The notes beneath the pieces are model-generated. The model had not been told where the DNA came from. It worked only from the letters and a program-made list of their open reading frames with translations, and did no database searches. Shown piece by piece: positions 38,377 through 50,332 of a stretch of 64,000 nt of DNA. The translations under genes and the position numbers were made by a program. Source of the DNA: Podarcis pityusensis (Eukaryota). The stretch lies in NCBI GenBank assembly GCA_964106645.2, contig OZ067038.1; one strand, given 5' to 3'. Each line of letters starts with the position of its first letter. Within the stretch, counting starts at the first letter, position 1.

Positions 38377-39602
38377 AGCAATCTGGTGATAAACAGCGAG
38401 CTGGTTTATAAGAATTTCAGATATAGTTTGGTATCAGAAATAAATGAAAATACATTAACTTTTAAACGTAATACATTTTAGACTAACTGTGGGTAGTATC
38501 CGAATAATGTGTCCCGTTACTGTGAGTATTTACGCTTGTGCAGCAATGTCTCCCCCCCCCCGTGTCCCCCTAAAACTGTTCTAGGGGCTCCCCAAACTCT
38601 CTGGAGTAGATCTGGGGAGGGCATAGGGTGGGGAGGTTGTGTTGATCAATTAATTAATACAGTACTAATTAACACCCACTAAGATATTACCCTTGGAACA
38701 ATTGTCAAATAGCAACATCTTTTGATCCTTTGGGCTGGTTTCACATCAGCTATCCAAATCTAACAGAGAGATCACCTTAATCAGCACTATGGAATGTACT
38801 AACTGTTCCCCCTTTAAATGCCTTTTTTCCTACTAATATTTGAATTGAGACTTCGCTGGGTCTTTGAATAGTTGGCAGATCTTTTCAAGCGGAAATTATT
38901 CGCTGCAGTATTTTTTAAGTAAACATTTTAGCTTCATAACACATATAGTCAATGCTAAGCTTGTTTTATTTTCTCCCATTTTTTCTCACTTGTTCAGCCA
39001 GGCTTGTTTTTATAGGGGCCAGAGGGAGCAAGAGCCACATATCCCAGTGTTATCATACTCTTCATGGTTGTTTTCACGGTGAATGTGAGAACAGTTAGTT
39101 AGGTTAAGGCAACTATGTGCTGATGATGAACAATGCTGGAATGACTGCACAAGGCTTTACTGTACCACATCGATACGGGATAAATATTTGTCATGGCTTT
39201 TCCTTAGCTTGGAGGAAGTGGTTATAAAGTTGCCATCCTAAGCTGATTCACCATGTATAAACATACCTGAGGCCAGAAGAGACTTCATAGGCCAGTTTAT
39301 TACACTTTGCTATGACTGATTGGAGCAGTTATCACAGCTCCAAGCCAGGAACTGCGAGCTCATGGCAGGTGACACTTAGACCCAGATGCAGAAGCATCAG
39401 TGGTTATTTTGTGGCTACTTAGTTTGATGGTTTTGTCATCTCAGGAATGTTAGGTTTGCCAGGTTTCAATTGTCTGTGCTGTTCTTTCTTGACTAGCTGG
39501 TTGTGGATTACATTCTGCATGCTGTAATGTTATCTTCTGCATTATTCTGCAAACAGTCTACAAAGGTACAGTCTTGATTGTGTAATGCAATTCAACTTAC
39601 AG

Positions 39603-39686
39603 GCTCACCTCGTGGCAGCATTTGAACAGAGCTTAGGAAATATGACCATTAGACTACAAAGCCTTACCATGACAGCAGAACAGAAG
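39603..39686 (+). CDS. NAV2: NAV2 exon AHLVAAFEQSLGNMTIRLQSLTMTAEQK (GC donor)
   Basis: ttacag acceptor; non-canonical AAG|GCAAGT donor needed to keep the frame; 84 nt. Confidence 0.95.
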
Positions 39687-40554
39687 GCAAGTCTGAAGTT
39701 CACTTGTACATTTTTCATGAGCATAGATTCCATAGTAGAACTTTTAAAATTGGGTTCGCAGTAAAGTGATGTCTTTGGGATTGGGCTGCAGAGTAAAGCA
39801 AAACTTCTCAGGCATCTATGTGCTCCTGACGTTCCAGTGACAACTAAGTATAAACTTTCTCTCTGGGGTTACTGGTGGGGTGAAAATGAGGCATTAGACC
39901 ATTTGCACTAGCAACTAAACGTTATCTGGTGACACTAGTTCCTATTCCCTGCACTTTCTTGAGTCTGTGTTTTAAGCCTGACATTCATCCTGTCTCTCAT
40001 CATTTCCACAAAATGAGCATGTCAGTGCCTGTACATTAGAGGGGTCGCAGAGACCAATTATGCAATGACTGGAAGCAATAAATACTTATTTCAGTTGTAT
40101 CCTGTTTTTCTTCCAAAGAGCCCTAAGCAGCTTCCCTCTGGTTCCCAGGTGGTCTTTCATTCTCAAGAGAGTTTACAGGACCAGACCTGCTTAGTTCCAG
40201 CAGTAGAACACCAACTGATGTCTTCAGGCCGTATTCTGGGCTAATATTACACTCCCTTAGTATTTTATTATTATTAATCTAGCTTTTTTGCATGTGTTTG
40301 TAATATATATGCAAACTACAAATAATGCATTTTCTATGAATTTTATCTAGTACAGTCATACCTCAGGTTACGAATGCTGACCACTGCTCAGGTACTAGAT
40401 TCAGACTCACCTTAGAGTCCCCATTAAACATCCATCCAGCTTGACTGCATGGTCTCAACTTTTAGTGCTGTACAGGCTGCTTGGCTTTCTTTCTTGGAGA
40501 AAATCCAGAGGCAACATTCATTCATTCGTTTGTTTGTTTTTGTGTGTGTTGCAG

Positions 40555-40666
40555 GATTCAGAACTGAATGAGTTAAGAAAAACTATTGAACTACTGAAAA
40601 AACAAAACGCTGCTGCTCAGGCTGCCATAAATGGTGTAATTAACACACCTGAGCTTGCCTGCAAAG
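40555..40666 (+). CDS. NAV2: NAV2 exon DSELNELRKTIELLKKQNAAAQAAINGVINTPELACK
   Basis: tgcag acceptor; AAG|GTAAAG donor; 112 nt, phase 0-1. Confidence 0.96.
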
Positions 40667-41068
40667 GTAAAGGAAAGATTTCAGCCTTCCCTTTCAATAA
40701 CAGTGTAACGCTCTGAGGGCATTCATCCCCTTGGTAATAGCTGATGCAAAGTTTTGCAGAGTTCTTTTTCCAGAGATAGACTGTGTGTTTAATCATCAAA
40801 CTGAACTTTATTTCTTGCAGTGGTAGGCCTATTGTTACTAATACTGTTTATAGACTTGTAGCTTAGGAATCCCCACAATATTACAGTAGGGTTCCTTGCT
40901 GCAACCCACATCTCGCTTTTCCAGTGGCCACAGTCTCCATACGCAGCAGTCAGCATTGCTCTGCCTCTTCCATCTAACATAACCACCACTGCTCTATTGT
41001 TTCAGCAGTCAAGATTCACTTTCTGCTCCATCACCCACATAGTGATGTTATTCTGCCATGCTAGGATA

Positions 41069-41176
41069 GTCTTCTTTCTTCTTCTTTGGCAATCAATCAT
41101 GGCCAAGTAAGATTGTCTTCCATGAACACTGTCTTAACAGTGTGTCCGTAAGTGACTGTGGAGGCCAATTCTGGAT
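41069..41176 (-). mobile_element. 5'-truncated non-LTR retroelement (RTE-like) with (AAG)n tail
   Basis: 13-bp TSD CCATGCTAGGATA at 41056-41068 and 41177-41189; CTT-repeat tail. Confidence 0.65.
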
Positions 41177-41251
41177 CCATGCTAGGATATAGTATGGCAG
41201 GAGGAACAGAGATTCAGTGATTAAACTCTCCAGATGTTTTGGCTACAACTA

Positions 41252-41419
41252 CCGTATTTTTCCGTCTATAAGACGCCCCCATGTATAAGATGCCCCCTAT
41301 TTTTGGGAACTCGGATTTAAGAAAGTGGGGGGGGGAGGTGTATCAGTGTATAAGATGCCCCCTAATTTTGACATTATTTTTTTTGGGTGAAACCAAATCT
41401 TATACATGGAAAAATACGG
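41252..41419. mobile_element. Tc2-like MITE nested in a URR1-like remnant
   Basis: TA-CCGTATTTTTCC...GGAAAAATACGG-TA; host CTCCAGATGTTTTGGCTACAAC is interrupted at TA. Confidence 0.82.
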
Positions 41420-41612
41420 TACCATATGCCCCAACTAGTACCAGCACAGGACTATTATACTGTAGTTCTCTGGGCTGGCTATGAAGAAGGTGGGGCAGGC
41501 AATTTTGATTGCATGTGATAGCAAGGGGCAGCAAGGGAGAATGTCCATGTATAGGAAGAAAAAGGAAGATGCCATTTCTGAATGCATTTAACTAGGTTTA
41601 ATTACCATGTAG

Positions 41613-41758
41613 GAAGTGGGACTGCGCAAACCACTGATTTGCGGATCCGGAGGCAGCACTCCTCAGACAGTGTCTCTAGCATTAACAGCGCAACCAGCCA
41701 TTCCAGTGTGGGAAGCAACATAGAATGTGACTCCAAGAAAAAGAAAAGAAAGAACTGG
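41613..41758 (+). CDS. NAV2: NAV2 exon (G)SGTAQTTDLRIRRQHSSDSVSS...DSKKKKRKNW
   Basis: tgtag acceptor (weak tract); TGG|GTATGT donor; 146 nt, phase 1-0; basic NLS-like KKKKRK. Confidence 0.94.
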
Positions 41759-42240
41759 GTATGTATGCTTCAACAGAGCAGATCAAATGAACTGAAGTGT
41801 GTGTGTCTTATCAGCATTCCAGAAAACACAATACATGAGCCAAGTAGTCTATGTAAATGCACTGCCTCGAACTAAAATGAGTATGATGGACATCCAGTGA
41901 ATAAATATTAACTTATGTCCATTTTTAGGACTTGACAAAGTTTTAGCTGAAAGTGGTTGACATCCAAACAACATGTTGTACCACAGGAGATCTGTGAATG
42001 GATCTCCCAATTCTTCCCCCTCCTCCTTGAAGGATCTCCCTGGAGCATCTACAAGGTTTCTAATTTCAGAGCAGCTGAAGTGGTGGTTTAACCCCTTCCG
42101 CTGTGCTGTTCAGTGAAGTATGGACTCTGTCTCAGCTTATGGTCACCAAAATTGGTGTATTTTTAATATAATGGGGCCAACAGCAGCCTAGAAGGGAAAA
42201 CAATTCTGACTGGAAAAATGGTATGCAAGGGAAGAATTAG

Positions 42241-42242
<2 letters not shown>

Positions 42243-42280
<38 letters not shown>
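42243..42280. repeat. (AC)19 microsatellite
   Basis: Direct reading. Confidence 0.95.
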
Positions 42281-42283
<3 letters not shown>

Positions 42284-42648
42284 TCCTCCAGATGAATTTC
42301 CCATGCCATAGTTGTGGAAATGTGAATTTTAGTACAATACTTGTTAAGAATTCACACCAAAAAGTAATCATCAGCCTTTTGGCTAAGATCAAGTATAGCA
42401 TAAAGTAATTCTATGACTGAGTGTTATGCTGTTCATCTGCACAGGGAGTTGGAAGTGGTGGATTTTACTTTAAATAGAAATCAGTTGATAAAATCTAGAA
42501 GTCAAATAATAATTAGTATTTGTGTCCGTGATAAATGTGTGTGTAAGCTATCTGCATAAGGAAAAGCTCCACTCTCTTGAGCGGTCTGGTTTCACCCTTA
42601 GGAAAAGTATTAATTACGTTCATTATACCTTGGCCCCTCTTTTGACTA

Positions 42649-42890
42649 CAGTGATACCTCTGGTTACGTACTTAATTCGTTCCGGAGGTCCGTTCTTAAC
42701 CTGAAACTGTTCTTAACCTGAAGCACCACTTTAGCTAATAGGGCCTCCCGCTGCTGTGCCGCCGCCGCCGCACGATTTCTATTCTCATCCTGAAGCAAAG
42801 TTCTTAACCCGAGGTACTATTTCTGGGTTAATGGAGTCTGTAACCTGAAGCGTATGTAACCTGAAGTGTATGTAACCTGAGGTACCACTG
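42649..42890 (-). mobile_element. Tigger/pogo-like MITE, copy 5 (inverted)
   Basis: TA-CAGTGATACCTC...GAGGTACCACTG-TA. Confidence 0.9.
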
Positions 42891-44969
42891 TATTGTCATG
42901 GCAAAACAAAAATACACACGGGTCCTGCGATCGGAACATTTGTTATCCAAAATCTCAGTTGTCCAAATGCAAAGAATTATACCCAAACCTTGCTATACAA
43001 ATGGCTGATTCAGATATCCAAACAGCCAGATTTGTCCAACCCTTACTTGTTTTTTTGCTGGTCAGTGGCAACCATTACAGGCAGAGGGAGAGAGTTTGGT
43101 ACAGTCGGGGAGCAGGAGTGATTGGACAAATCAGCTTTTCCTTTGTTTGGCTTTTGCTGATTGGTTGCTGCAGTTTCAGGCAGAAAGCATGGCAGGAGAA
43201 AGCATTGAATAGAAGTGTTCCCATAGGAAACAACTTGTTACGCAAACCTAATGAATGCATCCTGGGAATGCATTGTGTTCAGAAAGTGAGACCTACGTGT
43301 ATCAGTCTTTAAACTTAATTTGTGGTAGAAGCTTTCAAAATAATCATTTTCACTTCCCATTTCTTCATTGCTCGCCGCTTATTGTATGCAAGGTCCCATG
43401 TGCTGGAGGAAAGGTATCCGATATCAAATCCTGTTTTTTGTGATACTACCTCTGCCATCGTGACGTTGCTTTTATCGTAGTTTGAACAGATGAACTTAGT
43501 TCCTGTAGTCCCTTTGCGTCTTTGGATTTTGTGTGTTGTAAGCAAATAAACGGATGCTGCCTCCTATCCCTATAAAAAGGGTTAGCTAACATAAGACTTG
43601 TAGATCCTATTCAGCCCACTAAGGCTTTTTCCTTGGAAAAGGTTGACTTCCCCACCCCTGCAACAATGAAACTGCAGGTGAGTTGCCAACATTAATATTC
43701 CCCAGTATCTGGGCTTCTGCACTTCCTCCCCTTCTGGATCTTGACTTATGCTTGTTTGAAAATGGGCCCTCCCTTACCCTCAATAAACTTCTTTCTCTAG
43801 TATTTTCATTATCCTTTCAAGAGTTTCACAATGCAAATTCTGTCATGGGACAGAAATAACTTTCTGTCAATAATGGAAAAGCGCATGTCAGCCTGAGGCC
43901 TGCTCCTGTTTTTGCTGAATATTATGGGAGGCCAGTAATTTACAGAGTCTAAGCACTGTTCTCACCTCCTGCATTCTTTTAATCAGCACATGGAGAGGAA
44001 TTGTCTCCCCTTGAGGCTCCCTGACCTCTGCACCTCAGACCAAGAGTGGAAAGGGTCTCTACGCATGTACAGTTTTATACATGCAGGGCATGTGTTCAGG
44101 GTTGGGGACCTGGTTGTGTGCAGGAGGTTCTACAAATGTATAGTTGACAAAACATGTGCTTGAAAAAATGAGAATAGGGTTATTATGGTCAGTAACTTTG
44201 ATGGATTGTGTACAGGGCTTTTGTGCACAGTGATTTTGAGAGATTATGGTCATGTGTACAGGCCCTACAAATGTATACTTGCCAGAATGTGTGGCAGAGA
44301 ATATGAGCATAGAGTTTTTGTGGGAGGGGATTATGTTCGGATCCGACAAATGTGCACTTGACCAAATGTATGGTGGAGAAGTTGAGAATGGGGCTTTTGT
44401 GCAAAGTCATTTTGAAGAATTATGTGAGATCCTTTGTTGGGCTGATACGAGATAATTTGGGTGACTTGCAAAATATAATGGGTGGAATTCATCATAATGC
44501 TCTCCTAATCATTCTGTCTGCACAAGCATTGAAGCTTCCCTGACGGAACAATCCCCCCTCTTCTCCGCCACATGCTGTCCTGGGGGTTACCTTGACCCCA
44601 GCCAAGCCAATTTCAGGTGGGGCACAGGGAGGCAGAGCCCAATTTTGCAAGCAGAACTCCTTACACAGGGCTTCTGCTGACAGGACTGGCTAGGTGAATC
44701 CCATCCAATGTGATTTTATATTGAACTCTGTACATCATCCTTTCAGCTCTGTGAAATGTCCCAGGCCTATTCTGATCATAAGATGACATGCTTTACAATA
44801 ATTATTTTCCCTGGCAAAATGATTTGTTTTGTGTGTGTGTGCTTTTGTGGATGGGTGGGGTTCATGTTCGTCTGAGAAATCCGGCGCTTTCCCTGTCACA
44901 GGCTTTATCTGTTAAAACTTGTCTTTTTTTCCTTCCCGCTTCCCTTTTTGCTTGTACTTCCTCTGGCAG

Positions 44970-44978
44970 GTCAATGAG
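44970..44978 (+). CDS. NAV2: NAV2 9-nt microexon VNE
   Basis: 66-nt AG-free pyrimidine-rich tract, then CAG|GTCAATGAG|GTAAGA; phase 0-0; gives KNW-VNE-LRSS as recalled for NAV2. Confidence 0.88.
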
Positions 44979-45420
44979 GTAAGAAAGATGTATTTTAAAT
45001 TTTAAAATACAAAGCTAACTAATCCATTTACGTGATTAACTCTGTCAGCATCAATAACCTCATCTGAGCCATGTCATTTCATAACTGCAACCTGTGATAA
45101 CACCATAATAAAATTGTCCTTGAGCTGAAAAGAATTTGCAATGTCTCAGAGTGGAAAGGTGTGCTTCAGAATAGGGCTTGTCAACAGCCAGCACTTTTGC
45201 AGTGTCTCAGACAATGTCCTTCTTAAACACAGTGTAGATTTCCAGAACAGAAAGGTGGCAATCTGTACTTCCATTGTCAATTTGTACTGCCCAAAATGGA
45301 CTTTTGTAACCATTTTTTAAAGTGTTGCATGCTAACTATTTTCTCCTGTTCCTTACTTATCGTCATAAAGCAGAGTTTGTTTTATGTATAATCTTTCTTG
45401 TTCTGCTCTTTTTCTTTCAG

Positions 45421-45593
45421 CTGCGTAGTTCCTTCAAACAAGCATTTGGTAAAAAGAAGTCCCCCAAATCAGCATCTTCTCATTCAGATATTGAGGAGAT
45501 GACGGATTGTTCCCTGCCTTCATCGCCAAAACTGCATCACAATGGCTCAGTTGTCTCTACGCCATTACTGAGAACGTCCCATTCTAATTCACT
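45421..45593 (+). CDS. NAV2: NAV2 exon LRSSFKQAFGKKKSPKSASSHSDIEE...RTSHSNS(L)
   Basis: tttcag acceptor; ACT|GTGAGT donor; 173 nt, phase 0-2. Confidence 0.97.
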
Positions 45594-47270
45594 GTGAGTT
45601 GAGTTTGTATGTTAAAAAAGAGTTCCTGTTGACATGTTGCTGTTGTTTTATGCTGGAATTGGAGTCTGTTTTTCTGTGGACTCTATAAAAGAACAAGACA
45701 CTAAGGATTAAGTAGATTTTCTTCAGCTGAGGTTTATTTAGTCATGTACCTGAATCCAGGGCCAACTATAATGTGGGTATTTGCTTTATCTTTTTTCTTG
45801 CTTGCTTTTGGCTGTTCATTTATACAGTGATGCTTACTTATCCACAGTATACCTTAAATTGCTAAATCAGACCCAGAAGTCATCAAAGTGATGGTGAGAG
45901 GACATTTTTTAAACGTCCACTCTAGATTGTAGCTTTGAGGAAGACTCTAAGGCTCAGGAGAAGCTGTCAAAAGTTATTGAAGGGGTTCAGGAAATGGTGA
46001 ATGTAAACAGTGTTGCAAAGTTTGAATATTCTTCTTCCATGCAACTTCCATGGTTAAGATGATTTTTCACTGCCCATTATCGTCAACTCTGTGTGATGGT
46101 AAGATACAGAATTTAGTAGAGATTAGAAAACAGGGAATACTTGACTCTGAGAAAATCAGGCATTACTAAAATTTGCATTCCTGAAATTAAAAGCCCTGTA
46201 GATTAAGATGTCATAGAATCATATATTTTTATTTTTTAAATTCTCACTTATCTTCAACTATGTTATCTCATTTTCATCACTCTGAAACTAGCCTATCCTA
46301 TCCCTGTGGTACTGAATGGTGAGCAAAAGCTTAAAGCCATGTAATCCATCATGTCTTTTATGATGGTGCCTGTCATCAGTCAAAGTATGCATGTGACGAG
46401 TCTTGACAAGTACCAAGTACCTGAGGAATAAACAGGCCTACAGAATTAAGGAGGAGAAAAACAGAGCACTAGGCTGCCTAGGGCATCAGCACTGATTTAT
46501 TTGGCTTCTGAGTGTAGCCTTTATTAGAAAGCAGAAGAGCACTATGAATAGATATACGTAGTGTTAATGTTTCCCAGATTCAGCCTACATAATATTTTCA
46601 GCATGACAGTCATGTAAGCATAGACTATATTTTATCAAGATGTATTGTATCAATGCTTGAAATCCAAAGTTTCTTTATATAGTTGAATTTCTTGAGTTGT
46701 TTGCACTTTGCTGATATTATTTAGTCCTTGGCACTTTATGTTTCTGTCATCAGTTTTGTCAGTCTTAACAAAACCAAAGGCTTGCAAGTACTCCATTGTG
46801 AACACAGAATTCCCAAACTAAGGGATTTTTTAAAGTATTCATTGGACTGGAAAGTGGTTAGAAGCAATATTTTGTAAGTGCTCCATGGTCTTACACTTCA
46901 CTGTTACCCAGAAAGTCTGGGAGACTGAAAGAGAGGGGAGGAAATCATCCTCCTCTTCCCCTCACCATGCACCATTGCTTCTACTACTGCAGCAGCCTCA
47001 AGGCAGGAAAAGGATAGGGGGATATGGTTTGAAGGATGGCAGCAGGCAAGGATGATATTTGGAGAAGGGGAAGGCTAGCAGAAACAGCCAAGGAGAAGCT
47101 AGGAATTCTCCAACTTGTACAACTTTGGAACAAAAAAACCTCAAGCTTTAAAAAATCCTTGCATTTGAGGCAGGCCCTCAAAGTTAGTTTCTTAGCCTGA
47201 ACTGAGAGAACTTTGGAAGCATCCCTAACATGGCAGTATCTAAATAGCACATGGGTCATGGGGCACAGAG

Positions 47271-47622
47271 GGGATGCGGATGGCGCTGTGGGTTAAACCA
47301 CAGAGCCTAGGACTTGCCGATCAGAAGGTCGGCGGTTTGAATCCGCATGATGGGGTGAGCTCCTATTGCTCGGTCCCTGCTCCTGCCAACCTAGCAGTTC
47401 GAAAGCACGTCAAAGTGCAAGTAAATAAATAGGTACCGCTCCGGCGGGAAGGTAAATGGTGTTTCCATGCACTGCTCTGGTTCGCCAGAAACGGCTTAGT
47501 CATGCTGGCCACATGACCCGGAAGCTGTACGCCGGCTCCCTTGGCCAATAAAGCAAGATGAGCGCCGTAACCCCAGAGTCAGTCACGACTGGACCTAACG
47601 GTCAGGGGTCCCTTTACCTTTA
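47271..47622 (+). mobile_element. Sauria SINE, full length with TSD
   Basis: GGGATGCGGATGGCGCTGTGGG head; CCTTTACCTTTA tail; 14-bp TSD CATGGGGCACAGAG at 47257-47270 and 47623-47636. Confidence 0.93.
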
Positions 47623-48694
47623 CATGGGGCACAGAGGGAGCCCACTATGGCACCAGCTCAGGGGCGCACTCGCGCACCCCAGTCCAGGAGAGTGGATGGC
47701 AACATAGCCACCCACTCTCCTCACTCTACTGGAGCTGGCGGCAAGGAAGCAGGAGCCAGGCGGGAGCAAGACACACAGAGGGCGATCTTCATCCTCCGTG
47801 CTCTCCAGCCCCTGGCACCGGCAGGGCGCAAGGGGGTCTCTGCAGGGGGGCACCTGATTCGCGCCCCCACAGATTGTGCACCCGGGGCCATGGCCCCCTC
47901 ATGCTATGCCACTGCATGGATGGTAAAGCACCATTTTTCTTCATTGCTCTCCCCTTCCTTTGTTGTTTCTTGACTGCAGTACCATATAATTGGTTTTTGA
48001 TACTGCTGAGGACTGGGGAAGCCAAGCTGGGGGGGAAAAGATTTATTCACAGGATACATGTGATATGAAAAATTGCCAGAAAATGGCAAGGGTGCTGCTT
48101 TTCTTTTATGCGTTAGGGAGTAATTTAACTCTGTTCAATTTGCGTAGGTGGGAAGGTGGAGAAAGCTGGTGCCAGGAGAATAAAACTACTTCTTTCTTTC
48201 TTTTTAAAAAAAGCCTGAACAGTGCAGAGTAAGCTGAAAAGGTATAGGATTCCAAAGCCCTCCAGAGTCAGACAGGGGCGCCCAGCTGTGCACTACACCT
48301 GCTGAGTACTAAATCTTTCTTTGAGGCCATCAATCTCCTAATGACTGCTGCTACTATGCCTCCTTAATTTACCTGGGATTTTCAGGCTGAATAGATTTCC
48401 CAATGAACAACTGTACGTTTAACAGCAGCTTAACAAACTCCGTATAGGTCACAACCAAAATGGTAGTTTCTCTGCCCTTATTCCGCTGGCTGTCATCATA
48501 CTTTTTTTCCTTGGGCAGGCTGAGACCATTCCTAATGATAGGGTCCCCTTCATCTCACCATTTTTGCCAAGTCCCCCTGAACAAACAAAAATCTGGTTGA
48601 AAGCAGAGCAATGAAACTTTTGATTTTTGCTAACGTTCAGAATTTCTGCTTCTCTAAGCTGTTCGGTGAACGGCTCGTTATTATCTTTTCCCAG

Positions 48695-48848
48695 GATTTC
48701 AGAATGTATCGATAGTGAAGCGGAAACAGTCATGCAGTTGCGAAATGAGCTGAGAGACAAAGAGATGAAGCTAACTGATATCCGTTTGGAGGCCCTCAGC
48801 TCCGCCCACCAACTTGACCAACTTCGGGAAGCTATGAACAGAATGCAG
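48695..48848 (+). CDS. NAV2: NAV2 exon ISECIDSEAETVMQLRNELRDKEMKLTDIRLEALSSAHQLDQLREAMNRMQ (coiled coil)
   Basis: cccag acceptor; CAG|GTAGGA donor; 154 nt, phase 2-0. Confidence 0.97.
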
Positions 48849-48884
48849 GTAGGAAGGAACTGCAGCAACACACATGCAAACTTT

Positions 48885-49690
48885 AGAAAAACCCTGCTGG
48901 GCTTGCTTAGCCCAGCATCCTCACAAACAGGGGCAAACAGATGCCTGTAGGAACCCCCAAGCAGGACCTGAGTGCAACATCACTCTTCCTGCTTGTGATT
49001 CTCAGCAGATAGCATTCAGAGGCATACTGACTCCCAAAGCATTATTTTGTCCCTCCTGAACTGTCCTTCATTGCTCTGCTTTTATGAGAGAAGGAGAAAA
49101 ACATTTCTATATCCACTTTCTCCACACTTTGCATCATGTTACGAACCTCTATCAAGTCTCCCTTTTTTAAGGTGATATCGGAAGTTTTATTTTCAGTCCC
49201 TTTCCTAATAATTCTCTAGCATGGCATTTGCCATTTTCATAGCAGGGTCATCGCCTTCATCAAGCTGTGCACTACAATCCCAAGGTCTCTTCCTTGGTCA
49301 GTCACTGTCAGTTCAGACCCCATGAGCAAATATGTGAAATTTAGTTTTGGTGTCTCTCCCCACCCCCACCCCCCCCACCGCATCACTCTACACTTGCTTA
49401 CATTGAAATGCATTTGCCATTTTCCTCTCCGCTTACCCAGTTAGGAGAGATCCTTTCCAAGCATCTCCCTACCCCCTTTTGTTTTAACCGCCCTGAACAG
49501 TTAGGTACCGCCAACAAAACTTGGTTACCTCACTGCTCTCTCCTAACTCCATATAATCTATGGAAAGTTAAAAAGCACAAGTCCCAATACCAAACCTCAG
49601 GGAACTACACTTCCTATATGTATCTCCATTGGGGCAACTGTCCGTTTATTTTTACACTGTGATTCCTATTTTTTATTCAGTTGTAACTGA
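48885..49690 (-). mobile_element. Old CR1-type LINE remnant
   Basis: Degenerate reverse-strand ORF2/3'-end-like sequence (e.g. TTTTCAGTCCCTTTCCTAATAATT, CACAAGTCCCAATACC); no open frame. Confidence 0.55.
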
Positions 49691-50244
49691 TCCATATCAA
49701 CACACACATCTACACGCTAAACCTAAAATTAGAGCTTCTCTGTAAAGATTTTACGTAACACTATATTTTTCATTCCAGAGAAAATACCAAGGCAAGACCC
49801 TTGAGCCATGCTCATTAAAGTTGCCACTAATTGTCACCAATGTGTGTGGATGGGCCATAGGGCGAGGCAAGGTGGTCACTCTTTGGTTACATTCTGCCCT
49901 GAATATATAGATATTATACATCCCCACATATCTGTCATTTCCACTTCATAAATCTGGCTCTTCAATCCCACCATTTTAATTATAATTCATTTATTTTACT
50001 TGCAGAGTTTATGGCTCTGTTATTTATTCAACATGGGTGTTCAAAGTGACATCCAAACATATATTAAAACCTATAAAATGTTCTGAAAACAATAATACCA
50101 AAAAACCATATAAGCAGCAGAGTAGAACCACATCCATCGTCAGAAAGCCCATTTAAAGCAAGACTTGAAAAAATGTTTCTCTAAAGTTAGCTTCTCTTTT
50201 GGTGCATCTCTGTTGTGCTTTTGGGCCTTGTTACATGGAAACGT

Positions 50245-50332
50245 GAGAGCCAGTGTAGTGTAGTGGTTAGAGTGCTGGACTAGGACTTGGGAGGCCAGAG
50301 TTCAAATCCCCATTCAGCCTTGAAGTTCAGTG
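50245..50332 (+). mobile_element. tRNA-derived SINE head (Squam3-like)
   Basis: GAGAGCCAGTGTAGTGTAGTGGTTAGAG A-box and GAGTTCAAATCCC B-box. Confidence 0.7.

Noticed and set aside
47640-47912. GC-rich segment ending GCTATGCCACTG as a CpG island or promoter
   Set aside because: It looks like a transposon terminus hosting the Sauria SINE; I could not find the partner end, so it is left unclassified.
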